From positions 126,046,001-126,110,000 of the forward strand of contig OX597820.1 in assembly GCA_951406725.2 (NCBI GenBank): DNA of 64,000 nucleotides, in the 5' to 3' direction. Each line of letters starts with the position of its first letter. Position 1 is the stretch's first letter. Shown one piece after another: positions 41,270 to 55,174 of the stretch. The stretch is from Octopus vulgaris. Its lineage: Eukaryota. The position numbers were made by a program, and so were the translations under genes. Under the pieces are notes generated by a model that saw only the letters and a program-made list of their open reading frames with translations, had not been told where the DNA came from and did no database searches.

Positions 41270-41870
41270 ATAAAATAGTAGTGTACAACTAAATACAAAG
41301 GGAAATTACCTATAACAGGCAATTTCTAAACGCTTGGAGACAGTCAAAATTTAAGCAGTTTCAAAAGGAATGAAAAAATAAAACCTTTTACCTTGTTTTT
41401 ACGGTTATACCTATAGGTTTCGGATTTTTTTTTTTTTTTTGCGAATATAATAATTTACTAGGCAAATCCTCATCAGTAACCGAGCCATCCAAGACTAACC
41501 TATAATTATGAGTCCAATAGCACGTGTCTCATCCTTACATGTTATAATTTTTTTCAAAATCCATCACGCAAGTGCAGTTTCAGTCTACAGAACATGAAAA
41601 ATGCCGAAACGAACTTTGAAAAGCTAATATCGATATTATATTTGGTAATATCGATATTTTATTTTGTAATATCGATATTTTATTTGATAAGAAATCCGAA
41701 ACCGATAGGTGTAACCGTAAAAACAAGGTAAAAGTTTTTATCTTTTCATTCCCTTTGAAAATTGCTTAAATTTTGTGATTTTCGATCGTTTAGACTTTCT
41801 CCTAGCGTGTAGCAATTGCCTGTTAAAGGTAATTTTTCTCTTTGTGTTTAAATGTACACTATTTGATATA
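41270..41870. mobile_element. Fold-back HHR element: inverted arms 41270-41428 / 41693-41870
   Basis: TTTTACCTTGTTTTTACGGTTA.ACCTAT.GGTTTCGGATTT versus AAATCCGAAACC.ATAGGT.TAACCGTAAAAACAAGGTAAAA; (AT)n outside. Confidence 0.85.
41402..41482 (-). ncRNA. Canonical-core type I hammerhead ribozyme
   Basis: CGGUUA-CUGAUGA-GGAUUU...AAAUCC-GAAAC-CUAUAG-GUA/UAACCG; palindromic stem III ACCUAUAGGU. Confidence 0.82.
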
Positions 41871-42860
41871 TATATATACACATATACAATGTCCATCTAC
41901 CAAATTCACGCAAAAGAACGCAATGCATTAGTCGGTTAGTGACTGCAGCAGAAAATACTAACGCAGTGCGACTGAACCTGAAACTGCGAATTCTTGAAGC
42001 GAAATTCTTGATATAAATAATTACATTATTTATCAGGGAATAATCTTCTAAATAAATTCAGAACAAGTATACTTGCGAAAAATTCAAAGATTTTCAATTT
42101 ACATCGTCTAGAATAAGCACACATATATACCATCAAATGTATGTATTCCTACGGCAAACATAGACAGACTACCGCACATACACACACACATACTTACACA
42201 AACAGACAGTTATACACACATGTACGTATACGTACGTATTCTTTAAAAGCAAAAACCTTCACACTCAAGGGGAAAATATTTGCATACGTGTACATACATG
42301 GAAACGTATACGCATATATATACATATAAATATAGACGTATATATAAATATGTATGTATATATATAATATATATGTACATATATATATGTATTTGTATGT
42401 ATATATATGCGTGTGTATATAAATATATATGTGTGTATATATATACATGTGTGTGTCCGTGTATGTATATATGTAGATATATATGTGTGTATGTGTATTC
42501 GCATGTGTGTATGTATACATATATATATACTTATAAACACGCACATACACACAGACTCATGTATATGCATATACGTATGTATGTATATATGTACGTATAT
42601 ATATATATATATATATGCATATGTACATGAACTGTCACTTATATTCACACATGCCTGGAACTGTCTGGACTCAAACAAAGAAGAGTTGGCACTTTGTTAG
42701 AGATTGGCTTGAATTCTACACAGAATTTAAATAAATCTTAATGAAAAAACACATACATTCATACATACAAACATGCAGGCATACATATATACCTACATAT
42801 GCATACATACATACATACACGCACACAAGCGCATGTATGTATATATACATATGTACCGAT

Positions 42861-42908
<48 letters not shown>

Positions 42909-43304
42909 TTAGACATAGATGTATGTATGTGCATGCATGCATGCATATGTGTGCACACATACAGGTAGATCAGCAGTGAAGGCAGGTAGAGAGATATAGG
43001 CGGTGAGATAATGATACGAAGAAAAAATAGACCCAGTGTTCTCTATATATCATTGTCTTCGTCTGTCACTCTTATTGTATGTGCCTGTATGTGTGCGCTT
43101 AGATTAGTATGTGTACTTCTTTGTATTGGTGAATAAGTGTGCGTATATTTGTGTATCTGTGTGTGTGTTTGTGAGTGAGTATTTCTGTCTGTGTGTATGT
43201 ATGAATCTGTGTGTGTGTATGTGTGTGAATGCATATTTCATTCTGTTCCGTCTGGGCATTCCTTTCTTCTCTTTTCTTTCTGAACTATAGCAACAACCCT
43301 CAGC

Positions 43305-43328
43305 ATTCTCTCTCTCTCTCTCTCTTTC

Positions 43329-43399
<71 letters not shown>

Positions 43400-43531
43400 C
43401 TGTCCCTCTCCCTCTCTTTCTTCACCTCGCGTTCTGCATCTCCATTCCCTCTCTATTTTACTCCCTCGCTCTCTCTCTCTTTCACTATCTCTCTCTATAT
43501 CTCTCTATCTATCTATCTATCTATCTATCTC

Positions 43532-43586
<55 letters not shown>

Positions 43587-43735
43587 CTTTCTTTCTCTCT
43601 CTCCCTCTCTCTCTCTTTCTTCGCCTCGCGTTCTGCATCTCCCTTTCCCTCTCTATTTTACTCCCTCGCTCTCTTTCTCTCTCTCTCTCACACACACACA
43701 CACCTGCTCTCCTTCTCTCCCTCTCTCTCTCAATC
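43305..43735. repeat. (CT)n/(CTAT)n block with about 50-bp internal duplication
   Basis: CCTCGCGTTCTGCATCTCC...CTCTATTTTACTCCCTCGC occurs twice (~43425, ~43624). Confidence 0.85.
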
Positions 43736-44414
43736 ACACGCATACACGCACTACTACTCAATGCATAGACATATGTGTGTATATACGTGTGCATATCTAT
43801 ATATGTAGGTTTGTGGTTACGTAGTACGTCTGTATACGTGCGATTGTTTCTGCGGATATATATATATCTTCTACCATTATCGTTTATCTTTTGTTTGTCT
43901 GAACCGCTGGACATCAGCCATACTGAAGCACCGCCAGGAAAGGTTTAATCGCACAAATCAACGTCAGTACAAACTTTTCCAAAGTCTGATACTTATTCTA
44001 TCGATCTTTTAAGGCCAAGCTGCTAAGTTACGGGCCATAAAAAGACCAAAACCGGTTTAGAAGCTGTGTTGGGGAAAACAGACAGAAGCACAACGACACA
44101 AAGATGCAAAGACACACACATGCGTGACGCTTTCAGAATGAATTTGGTAGACAGAAACAGAACGAAGCCCGTCAAACCTATATGTGTATGTGTGTGTGTT
44201 TGTGTTTCAGTTTGTCCTCGATCACCACTTGACAACCAGTTGCTGTGCATTCATCCCTATAACCTAGAGACCGACAGAATAAGTGCCAGGTTAAAAAAAC
44301 ACAAAAGCGTACTAATTTTGATTCGTTCGATTGAAAATTTTCAAGGCAGTGCCACAACATGACCACATTCTAATGACTAAAACAAGTTAATGAAAATATA
44401 GATATATAGATATA

Positions 44415-45313
44415 CACGAGGGTAATCCCCAAAGTAAAGTCTCCAAAGCGCTGGGGACGCAGGGAAACTGTGAATGTGGTTATTGGCAACACTGTTGTAT
44501 TTGTTGTGCATCGGCCTGCGCCTGCCCCTGCGCGCGCCTCGCTGGTAGGCTCAGTCTTGGCTTGGCAGTCGTATGTGAGGACGCTCCCCATTGACGCTAC
44601 CGCCAAGTGTGAAGTTCGAACAGTTATTCGGTTTTCGAATGCAAATGGCATTAAACCGATTGAAATTCATCGCCAATTAACGGAAGTGTATGGCATGTCC
44701 TGCATGGATATCAAGAACTGCCGCAAGTGGCGTAGGCAGTTTGCAGCTGGCTGTACTGAAATTCATGACGAAGAAAGAAGCGGGCAACCATCAATTTCTG
44801 AAAAAACAGTCGCGAAGGTTGAGCAAATCCTGTGTGAAAATCGGCGGATCACTTTGAATGATCTCCGCATTTTGGTTCCTGGTGTTTCCCGAAGCACCAT
44901 TCATAGGGTTGTGTGCGAAAAGTTGCAATATCGGAAAGTATGCGCAAGATGGGTCCCACGGATGCTCACAGAAGACCATAAACGGCAAACCACCTAATAG
45001 TCCGGACTTGACACTCAGTGACTACCACCAGTTCCCTAAGTTGAAAGAATATTTAGCCGGAACGTGCTTCAGCAACTACAACGAAGTGAAAGATGAGGCT
45101 CAACGCTTCCTCAACGACATGGTAGTGAGCTGCTATGACATGAACGTACACAAACTACCCCAGAGCCTACAATATTGCATCGACTGAAATGGCAATTATG
45201 TAGAAAAATAGATAAGTGTTCAAACTTTAAAATGATGTAAACATTATTGACAAAAAACGTTTCTGTGATTTCTAAATATTTTTGGAGACATTACTTTTGG
45301 GATTACCCTCGTA
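44415..45313 (+). mobile_element. Internally deleted mariner (irritans-like) with both TIRs
   Basis: TIRs ACGAGGGTAATCCC.AAAGTAA / TTACTTTTGGGATTACCCTCGT; EVRTVIRF..IHRQLTEVYG..WVPRML joined directly to SPDLTLSDYH (catalytic middle missing). Confidence 0.92.
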
Positions 45314-45405
45314 CATTTATATCGTCAGTGGATCACGTGTCTGAAAAAGAAGCACACTCTAAAGGATAGAACAGTAATGTAGTCACATGCAGTAAAATAT
45401 ATTTC

Positions 45406-45473
45406 ATACACTGACCAATTGTTTCGCATCTAAAAAGCGTTTAGCTTTAGAGCGACTCGTCAAATTATAATGC
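45406..45473 (-). ncRNA. Degenerate HHR-like motif
   Basis: UUGACGA-GUCGCUCUAAAG...UUUAGAUGC-GAAAC-AAUUG-GUC. Confidence 0.4.
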
Positions 45474-45494
45474 CAGGGATCATATATCTATGTG

Positions 45495-45610
<116 letters not shown>

Positions 45611-45733
45611 AAGAGGATAGAGAGGGATATAATGAGAGACAGATGGATGTCGTATAACGTACATGTGTATTCGTAGGTATATGATTACTTACACATATAT
45701 ATACTATGTACACGTATATATATCATTTGCACG

Positions 45734-46150
45734 ATGTGGAGAACATACCGTCAGCATTGCCCCAACGACCTGAACATTAGTTTCACTGTTCATCCAAGGC
45801 TGGGATCACGAGCCATACGTCCACTGCCCAATTCAGGATCACAACATATAGGTACACTGCGACATAATTTATTTTCTTCAACAGGCCCTGTCCTGTTTAA
45901 CATTGTCCCTAAACATATCAAAGAGGAAAAGGATCCCATCACCTTTAAACGGAGTCTGGACAGTTTTCTTCAAGGAATACCAGATAAGCCACCCATACCG
46001 CGATACAACTCACTCAACTTGAATGGACCCCTCGTTGAATAGACCATAAACAAAACTTGACTTAAAAAGGATTTAGATAATCATATCAGGCGGTGTTATT
46101 AAGTTAGACATGGCCTGGACCAAACTTTGGTCGAAACATATCTAAGCTTT
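45734..46150 (+). mobile_element. CR1/L2-group LINE 3' end
   Basis: GPVLFNIVP...FKRSLDSFLQGIPDKP resembles the ORF2 C-terminus. Confidence 0.7.
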
Positions 46151-46452
46151 ATATATATCTATCTATCTATATATATATATATCTTTTTTTCTAGTTTCAG
46201 CTCAGAGCTGCGGCCATGCAGATGCAGCGCCGTATATATGTATATGTATATATGTGTGTATGTATACATATATATATGTATATATATATATATAGCAATA
46301 AGAAAATGGAGGGGAACAATAGGTGGTTCACCAACTTTTAGACATTATATTATATTAACTTCTTTATTTATTTACTAAACTGATAATTACAATAATATAC
46401 ATACATATAACATATTATTCTTTACATATAAGATATAAGGTATAAAATATAG

Positions 46453-46508
<56 letters not shown>

Positions 46509-47184
46509 TGGGACAAAGTGAAAGAAGAAAGCAGGGAGAAAATGAAGCGTACGTGCAAAAGAAGGAAGGAAAAGATGAGATAATAATGGAGAAACGCTAC
46601 GTCGTAACATAAATATATTCAATTTACTTTTAATATCGCTCATTCCTTTTCTCCTTCCATTTTATTTACGCTTATTTTGTCGCCATTAACTTCCGCCATT
46701 TTTTTCCACATCCAGTCTCTCTCTCTCTCTCTTCTCGCTCTTTTTTCTATCTATCTACCTATCTTGCTTTCTATCACTTTCATTCTTTTTCTCTCTTTCT
46801 TTCTCTTCACATCTCTATCTTTCTTTTCCTTTCTATATGTTTCTCTCTCTCTTTCTGCTTCTTACTCTATCTCCCTTTCACTTCCGTATTCATCATTCTT
46901 TAATATCCTCTTTCGCTGTTTGCCTCATAAATTAAATACTGTACGCAGTAATGGCGAAGGATGCCATCACACTCAATCTACGCTAAAATAGAATCATATT
47001 CTGTTATTATTTTGTTCTCCGTTGTAGAATTTTTCTGTCGTTTTTCGAACATGATGCTTTTTCTTACATCACCATCATTAACATCTTCTTTACCGTCATC
47101 ACTAGCATACGATCAACATCATCGTCTGCAATGTCATCGATGCCATTGTACTCATCCTCTTTTTCGGCGCTGTCGCCATCGTAA

Positions 47185-47282
47185 CCTTCACCACCATCAT
47201 CAGCAGCAGCAGCACCATCATCATCAACGTCATTGTCATTGTTATTATTAGTAGTAGTAGCAGTAGTAGTATTAGTAGTAGG

Positions 47283-47365
<83 letters not shown>
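47185..47365. repeat. (CAT)/(CAG)/(TAG)n trinucleotide tract
   Basis: Directly visible. Confidence 0.93.
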
Positions 47366-47939
47366 ACATTTTCTACTATTATATCTATGTTTGATTTTTA
47401 TTTTGTTTTGTTTTGTTTTTCTACTCACCTGCCACTTTACTCATCTTCATCACTTCTTCTCCATAGCAGAAATAAAAAAAACTTGAGATAACCAGCAACG
47501 TTCTTCTACTTACCTCAAGGCAAACATGGAGCGAGCGCAAACAGCGACAAAGAAACAAACGAACAAAACAGATACAAGTAAACAACCTTTGTAAGCACAT
47601 CAGTACGAAATGAACCCTCTTATATATTATCAGAGCTCTACAATTGCCTGTCCTCGAGGTGACAGTCGTATATATTTTCCTATTGTATTTGAAGCATATG
47701 AACGAAATACGGCTACTTTTTTCGTTTATTTCAATCGAAGTGTCTTCTACACAGTATACAGATTCAAGGCTACGCTTCCTTGCCTTTTGTCCATGTCTAC
47801 CAGACGCGGACAAAAGATGCAACTAACACATAAAAGGAACCTATTTGCATATCATAAATATATAAGGATAGCTGCTGGTGCTTTCTGCATGTCATTGTAT
47901 GGCCATTTATTCTTAGGTATTCTTGAAAACCGTGCATGT

Positions 47940-47988
<49 letters not shown>

Positions 47989-48094
47989 AAATATATATAT
48001 ATGCACACCCACATATATGCATATATATATATATATCACAAGTGGATATACATGCATATATATGCACATCTATATATATATATATATGTATGTG

Positions 48095-48157
<63 letters not shown>

Positions 48158-48393
48158 AACCAACACAGTAGGATGAGTAGAAATTTCACACGCGGAAGCA
48201 TACTTTGCGTTTAAGAACGGAACTCACTAACGTCACGCAAACATCGACAATACATTTCGCGTGAAAATTCGATTACATCAGTAGACCTTGATGACGAAAT
48301 TATATAGAAGTGTGTGTGTTTGTGCGGTGAGAGAGTATGAGTGTGTTTATACCGAGGGGAGCGTGACATAGATATATAGATAGACAGACAGAC

Positions 48394-48488
<95 letters not shown>

Positions 48489-49637
48489 CAGGTAGATAGA
48501 TGGATATAAAGTTATTTCTATATGTGTCATGTAATACAGTAGAGCCTGTTACATGGCTGAGCGCTCCTGGTAATCGACAACTTAACCGGCTGAAGCCTAC
48601 CCGTCTTGGCTGGTAAAGAGTTTTGTTTGAAACCCAGCAGTACAAAACCAAGGTATGCCAATGGAAGTGATGATCCAGCACGGTGTCAACTTTCATCTAG
48701 GAATAATAAGGGTAGACATGGAAATCACTGAAATGGCAAATACGTGTACACTAAGATCACTACGGAGATGTTGGTCGTCCAAGAATTCCAACTACGAAAG
48801 AGATGGTTTTTGTGTCACATGGTAGTTGCACAAGTTATTTTGTACATTCCATTAGTGCGTACGAGTAAATTAGATGTGCGTTTGGTATTACCAAACAGAC
48901 AATAGCACATGTAAGGTGTACTGCGACGGAAATGAAGATGAGCAGAGATTTGTCTTTGCATTCTTCTCTTCCTTAGAATGATTCCAATTATATTGACTTT
49001 TATTTACAACATTTTTAACTTATACTGACTCTTAATTCTAAACTATCAATTCCACTTTTCCTTTCTCCTTTCTCGATTTCTCGAGCTCAAATTATATTGC
49101 ATACATTTTAAAATTGAATCATATCCGTTCATTGCATTTCCTGCTCCTTCTTTCCTGCAATTTTTTTTTCAGTCTCTTAATACTGAAATACACAAACATC
49201 TTGTTTGCGGCCACTAAGCTTTCTCTTCCATGTAATTGATCTCCCATAATGATCAAAAAGAAGCTGTTTGACAAATGTTAAGACTTATGTAAACATTCTC
49301 ACGAATTATAGCATAAAACTCAGAGTAGCTTGTATGCGATCAATAATTTGTATTACTTTGTATGAGTATGTGTTAATTACTAATGAGAGAAGAATTGGAT
49401 TTGTTGGACGTAACTTTTCTCTAGTTATTTATAAACACATATAAAATGTGTTTATGAAACAAAATAAGAAAATGATAAAATACTGTTTGAATCTCTCTAA
49501 TTTTCTAACTTCTTCGGCTGTCACCTAGCGGTGGAGGACCAGTCTTCCTCTCCTTTGTTTAAGGCAGTTAATCATACATGTGTGTTTGTATGTATGTGTG
49601 TGTGTGCGCATGTATGTGTTATGTAAGTACACAGACG

Positions 49638-49669
<32 letters not shown>

Positions 49670-49817
49670 CATGCATATGTATCTATTATCTATATAGTTA
49701 TATATATACACATACCTGGTTTAAATTTGCCCTGTTTATAATTATACCATGTTACATATATATACACGCGCGTGCATACTTCCTCTCTCATTCACACACA
49801 CACACACACACACACAC

Positions 49818-49860
<43 letters not shown>

Positions 49861-50392
49861 TTCTGCTAAAACGGACAGGTTAGTAACAACCTCACCACTA
49901 CATTAATGTAAATCTTTTTGAATTCATAATATTCTGTACTGAACTTTTTTAAATAATTCCTCCTGGAAATTACCCTGAGATGTATAATATATTTGTTTTA
50001 ATCTTTTCTGCCCATTTTTCAATGAGCTTGTTAAACCTCTTTATATTCTCAACATACTGTTGTCACCAAAGACTGTATATTTATATGGATTATAGTACTC
50101 TGTGTCAACCAATATTCTGTGCATGTTTGAATATACAGATACAGTACCAATATCAATTCCTTCTGGAAACTATCTTAAGTATGTCCTTGAGAACGATTAT
50201 TTTTTGCCCAATATTTTAAGGAACTTGTTGAACTTTTTTATGTCCTTAACATGTCCCTGTTGCCAAAGACTGTATATATGTAATGTAGCAATTTGCAACA
50301 ACCAATAATTAACGCAACCAAACTTCCACATGTTACTTTTGACAATCTTTTTTTGACAATCTTTTTCAAATTGCATTTTCAAACCTTCTTTC

Positions 50393-50455
<63 letters not shown>

Positions 50456-52079
50456 TATATATATACAGGGTGCGTCAGTTTGGTCGGAAGCGATGATATG
50501 CCCGAATCAGATGTTCTTTATCAATTTTGAACATAGTGCTGGTTATCGCGGATTTGAGAGATTGTCTGATGCTAGAGGAGTGTTAAATGGCCTCTCTGTC
50601 GATTACACCCCATACGTACTAATCCAACTTATTGAGTTCTGATGAGGTCGTGTGTCTGGGAGAACATGGTCATCGATATTGGCACCTATCCACGCTGGGC
50701 GTTCTAGTCTTATGGGAAGACACGGTATTGTTCGATGACGTACGGTCTTCTGTTGCGTACTCTCGCTATCCAACGCCTTACAAGCTTCTCCAATACTTCC
50801 GTGTAGACAGCGGCTTTGTCTCTTAAACTCTGTTACGCAAATCATCGATTCATTGGATATGGGTATAGACAGCCCATAAACAATGCCGTTACTTTTATTA
50901 TAAACTCGGTCATCAGTTCTAGGTGCTTCCTTTCATTCTTGTGCTCCCCCCCCCCCATACTCTCCATTCCACTATTTCTATCTCTTAATTTCTCCTTCGC
51001 TATTTTATTATCTTTCTACTTCTTGGTAACCATAGCACTCACTCACTATTGCACTATCTGTCTCTTTTCTGTGTTTTCCCCTTCTATTTCCCCACAACCT
51101 CTTTCTCTCCCTCTCGTTCTGTTTCCATTTTCCTGCCACTAATTTTCTATATATCCACTTTACTCTCGTTCTCTTCTTTTCGCACTCATTTCCAATGTTT
51201 TTATCACACTCTCACTATTTCACTATCACTCTCCATTCTTCTCACTTTCTGCTGCTTTCTCTTTCTTTTCTCTTTCGATCGTTTACTGTTACGAAATCTG
51301 GGCTGCATTCCAACACACGACGACACCTCCCGGTAATGGTGGGAAAAAGAGAAAAGAAAAGAAGTTGATGAAAATCTATCGCGAGAAATACAGTTGTGGA
51401 AAGGGAAGAGAAGGGGGGATATCTTGATGTGTAATATGTGCAACTGTTGGTAAACAGATCATTCATCATGTAAAATTATATTACTCAGAGCGTTTAAAAT
51501 CTCTGCGTATCCAATTAAAATTCTCATGCAATATTAATTAGCTAGAAACATTAAGATGTCATGTATGTTATGGGAAATGGCTTGTTTCCAGCGATATTCT
51601 ACCTTTTGTGGACTAGTTAAATGGGAGCCCAATAAGAGGTTCATCGATTTACAAGAAATAGCAGCCTAATCTATGCCAAATAACACCCTACTCATAAAAA
51701 GAAGGAACGTTTAGCAACAAAGTCTAAGAAAAGTAAAATGATGGAAAGGACACGGCTGGAATAATTTAAACATAGGTTTGTGTAATCAGACGGGATGAAG
51801 TGACTTATCAACAGCGACGACTGTGTTCAAGGCAACGCTTCGATAAAATAGCTACAGACATTATGCTGTACCTTTTATCTGTAACTAACTTTACGAAGAA
51901 GTGTTTACGAGTGAAACGGCAAAGACCTTTCTACTTACGTTTCTTGAATGTATGTCTTGTCTTTGGTTATCCATATGTTATTTTTGTCGCTAATGAAAAT
52001 GTAGATGTGTTTGTGTGTGTGTGTATGTGTGTGTGAGGGAGAGAGAGAGAAAGAGAGATAGGCAGACAGATAGATAGAT

Positions 52080-52158
<79 letters not shown>

Positions 52159-52445
52159 AAGATAGATAGATAGACAGATATTTCATGTTCATAGTTCTAT
52201 TTTTAAATATCTTTAACTCTCGAAAACTGCGTAATACAAACAAGATCCATATAGCAAAACACGATGTAGATGCATACGTATCCACAGACGAGGATGTTCA
52301 TAATTGCTCATGTTTGTGTTTATACGATTTTTCCCGTGGATTATATAAAGAAATTTACAGTAGCACAATTTACTGACTTTCAGTGAATTTTAATTAAACC
52401 CATAACAACGGGGTTTTTTTTTTGTTTCTTTTTTTTTTTGCATTG

Positions 52446-53113
52446 ACGGTAATCATCTCGGCTGAGATCAGCAATTAGCGCATGACAATGGTTCGACGTA
52501 TATTTACATCAGCCGCTTTAACCAGTTTACGGCGGTGATTCATTCGGTTGCCCTTTGCGCGGCAACGGTAATCGCGCCGATTGAGATCAGCAATTAGCGC
52601 ATGACAATGGTTCGACGTATATTTACATCAGCCGCTTTAACCAGTTTACGGCGGTGATTCATTCGGTTGCCCTTTGCGCGGCAACGGTAATCGCGCCGAT
52701 TGAGATCAGCAATTAGCGCATGACAATGGTTCGACGTATATTTACATCAGCCGCTTTAACCAGTTTACGGCGGTGATTCATTCGGTTGCCCTTTGCGCGG
52801 CAACGGTAATCGCGCCGATTGAGATCAGCAATTAGCGCATGACAATGGTTCGACGTATATTTACATCAGCCGCTTTAACCAGTTTACGGCGGTGATTCAT
52901 TCGGTTGCCCTTTGCGCGGCAACGGTAATCGCGCCGATTGAGATCAGCAATTAGCGCATGACAATGGTTCGACGTATATTTACATCAACCGCTTTAACCA
53001 GTTAACGGCGGTGATTCATTCGGTTGCCTGTGCGCGGCAACGGTAATCGCGCCGATTGAGGTCAGCACTCAGTGCGAGATAACGTTCGGCGTATATTTAA
53101 GTCAACCGCTTTA
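52446..53113. repeat. Tandem array, 119-bp unit, about 5.6 copies
   Basis: ACGGTAATC starts at 52446, 52565, 52684, 52803, 52922, 53040; inner units appear identical and edge units diverge. Confidence 0.97.
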
Positions 53114-53239
53114 GTGCAAGTATTGTTTACCTCTCTAAACTATATCCCTGTGCTGGATGCTCATGCAGTATTATTCCTGAATAAGCTCACTTCACAGCAC
53201 AAGTCAGATCAACTTCACGTGAATTTAGTGAGTTAGAGT

Positions 53240-53800
53240 TCAAAACAGGGTACCACACACATAGGGGCATATCATATTGTAAACAATGGTATCTAGTTTC
53301 CTCACGTTTCCCTTTTGCTTTACGTACTGTGCATCTCTTTGAAGCATGTGTTTTCTTGGCGGTGGGAAGAAACAGTCGTGGAGAATGTCCACGACTCTCC
53401 ACCGTGCGGTGAGGAGAGAGTCCGGCTTGAGGGCATCCATGCGTTGCTTCTTTCATTTCACGGAACATTAGGTTCTTGAATATCAGTTCATCCCCGACAC
53501 TGCCAAGCATCTGCCAAATCAAACGTGGGTTCACGATACACATGTCAACTATATACTAGAAAATCTTTTATACCATTTCACAAATTTTCTCACCTTTTTG
53601 TGTGTCGTCGTTGCTCCAAGTAAGGAATTAAGAGATATCATTACAGACCAAACTATAACTCTCTGTAAAAGACATCCTAAAAGCTTGAAAAGTTATTATC
53701 CTGGCTTTAAAAGTGTCGCGAAGGGCCAGGCTGGAGGCCCAGCCTTCCGTGTTCTTTTACAGAGCTTAGAAAAACTGAACGACGGCTGCAATAGATAAGT
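53240..53800 (-). pseudogene. piggyBac transposase remnant (C-terminal part with Cys-rich domain)
   Basis: RKFVKWYKDF...VDMCIVN followed by KRCTVRKAKGKREETRYHCLQYDMPLC (decayed CRD). Confidence 0.8.
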
Positions 53801-53912
53801 GAATCTGAGATGCGATTATGTTGAATAAAATCATAATTAACTGAACCTCCTGTATTTTCTTTTGCCCAAAGTCCAGGAACTTTTCAACACACTTTACATA
53901 CTGAGCTTGACG

Positions 53913-53951
<39 letters not shown>

Positions 53952-54223
53952 CGCACGCAAGACAAAGGATCGTAAAAACCGACGAGAGGAAATAAATGAC
54001 AGGGTAGCCATGTGAGGAGGAAGCATATAAATGTGAAATTTGGTTTCTTTAATTATATTTTAAAGTAATTAATGATTTTCTTTTGAAATTTATTATTCAT
54101 TGCATTATTTTACGTAAGCGCCAATTTAAGTTATACAGTTCTATATTTAAGAGATGAGGAATTATATACATTATTTTTAATATTTACATTTGACGGATAT
54201 TTGTCCTCATCTTGTTTGTTGTT

Positions 54224-54269
54224 AACACGACGTTTCGGCTGATATACCCTCCAGCCTTCATCAGGTGTC
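54224..54269 (-). ncRNA. Minimal type I hammerhead ribozyme, canonical core
   Basis: GACAC-CUGAUGA-A-GGCUG-gaggguauau-CAGCC-GAAAC-GUC/GUGUU; loopless palindromic stem III. Confidence 0.82.
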
Positions 54270-54318
54270 TTGGGGAAATTTCAAACCTGGATTCTCATTC
54301 TTAAGGTATTTTTCGATG

Positions 54319-54383
54319 TTATTACTATTATTATTATTATTATTATTATTATTGTTATTATTATTATCATCATCATCATCATT

Positions 54384-54472
<89 letters not shown>

Positions 54473-54474
54473 CA

Positions 54475-54543
<69 letters not shown>

Positions 54544-54611
54544 TTATTATTACTATTATTATTATTATTATTATTATTATTATCATTACTACTACTACTA
54601 CTACTACTACT
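54319..54611. repeat. (ATT)/(ATC)/(ACT)n compound microsatellite
   Basis: Directly visible. Confidence 0.96.
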
Positions 54612-54972
54612 TGGTATTTCTGTTTTCTTGCGAACCAGTGAGACATCCTTCAGACTTCCTTAACATGACTGACAGGGGTTTTGCAGAAAGTATAAACATC
54701 ACAAAGTGGCTGTCCCTTTGGAATATGTCTCTGTGATATTGTAATCTGTCAGTGATAATACATTCTTTGTGTTTAATTTCAAGATGGTGGCCCACGATGA
54801 AGTCAGGTCAGCTTTAGCCTTGACTATGCTCACTGGAACTTTAGCAAGTTGAAGGGCTTCTAGCATCCATGTGTGGAGAACAGAGTCAAAGGTAGGTTAC
54901 TGTTAAAGCACGGTCACTTTTAGCAGCATATGTATGTATGCATATATTTATATATGTATGCATGTATGTATG

Positions 54973-55174
<202 letters not shown>

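Noticed and set aside
50463-50850. Tc1-like element starting TACAGGGTG
   Set aside because: No partner TIR or transposase motif recognised
52446-53113. CRISPR array or 5S rRNA cluster (119-bp period)
   Set aside because: Units are identical end to end with no unique spacers and no cas genes. The sequence does not resemble 5S rRNA, and an array of genes would need spacers.
52390-54130. Complete piggyBac with paired TIRs and TTAA duplication
   Set aside because: Only one candidate end (TTAAACCC at about 52394) was seen; no matching opposite TIR found
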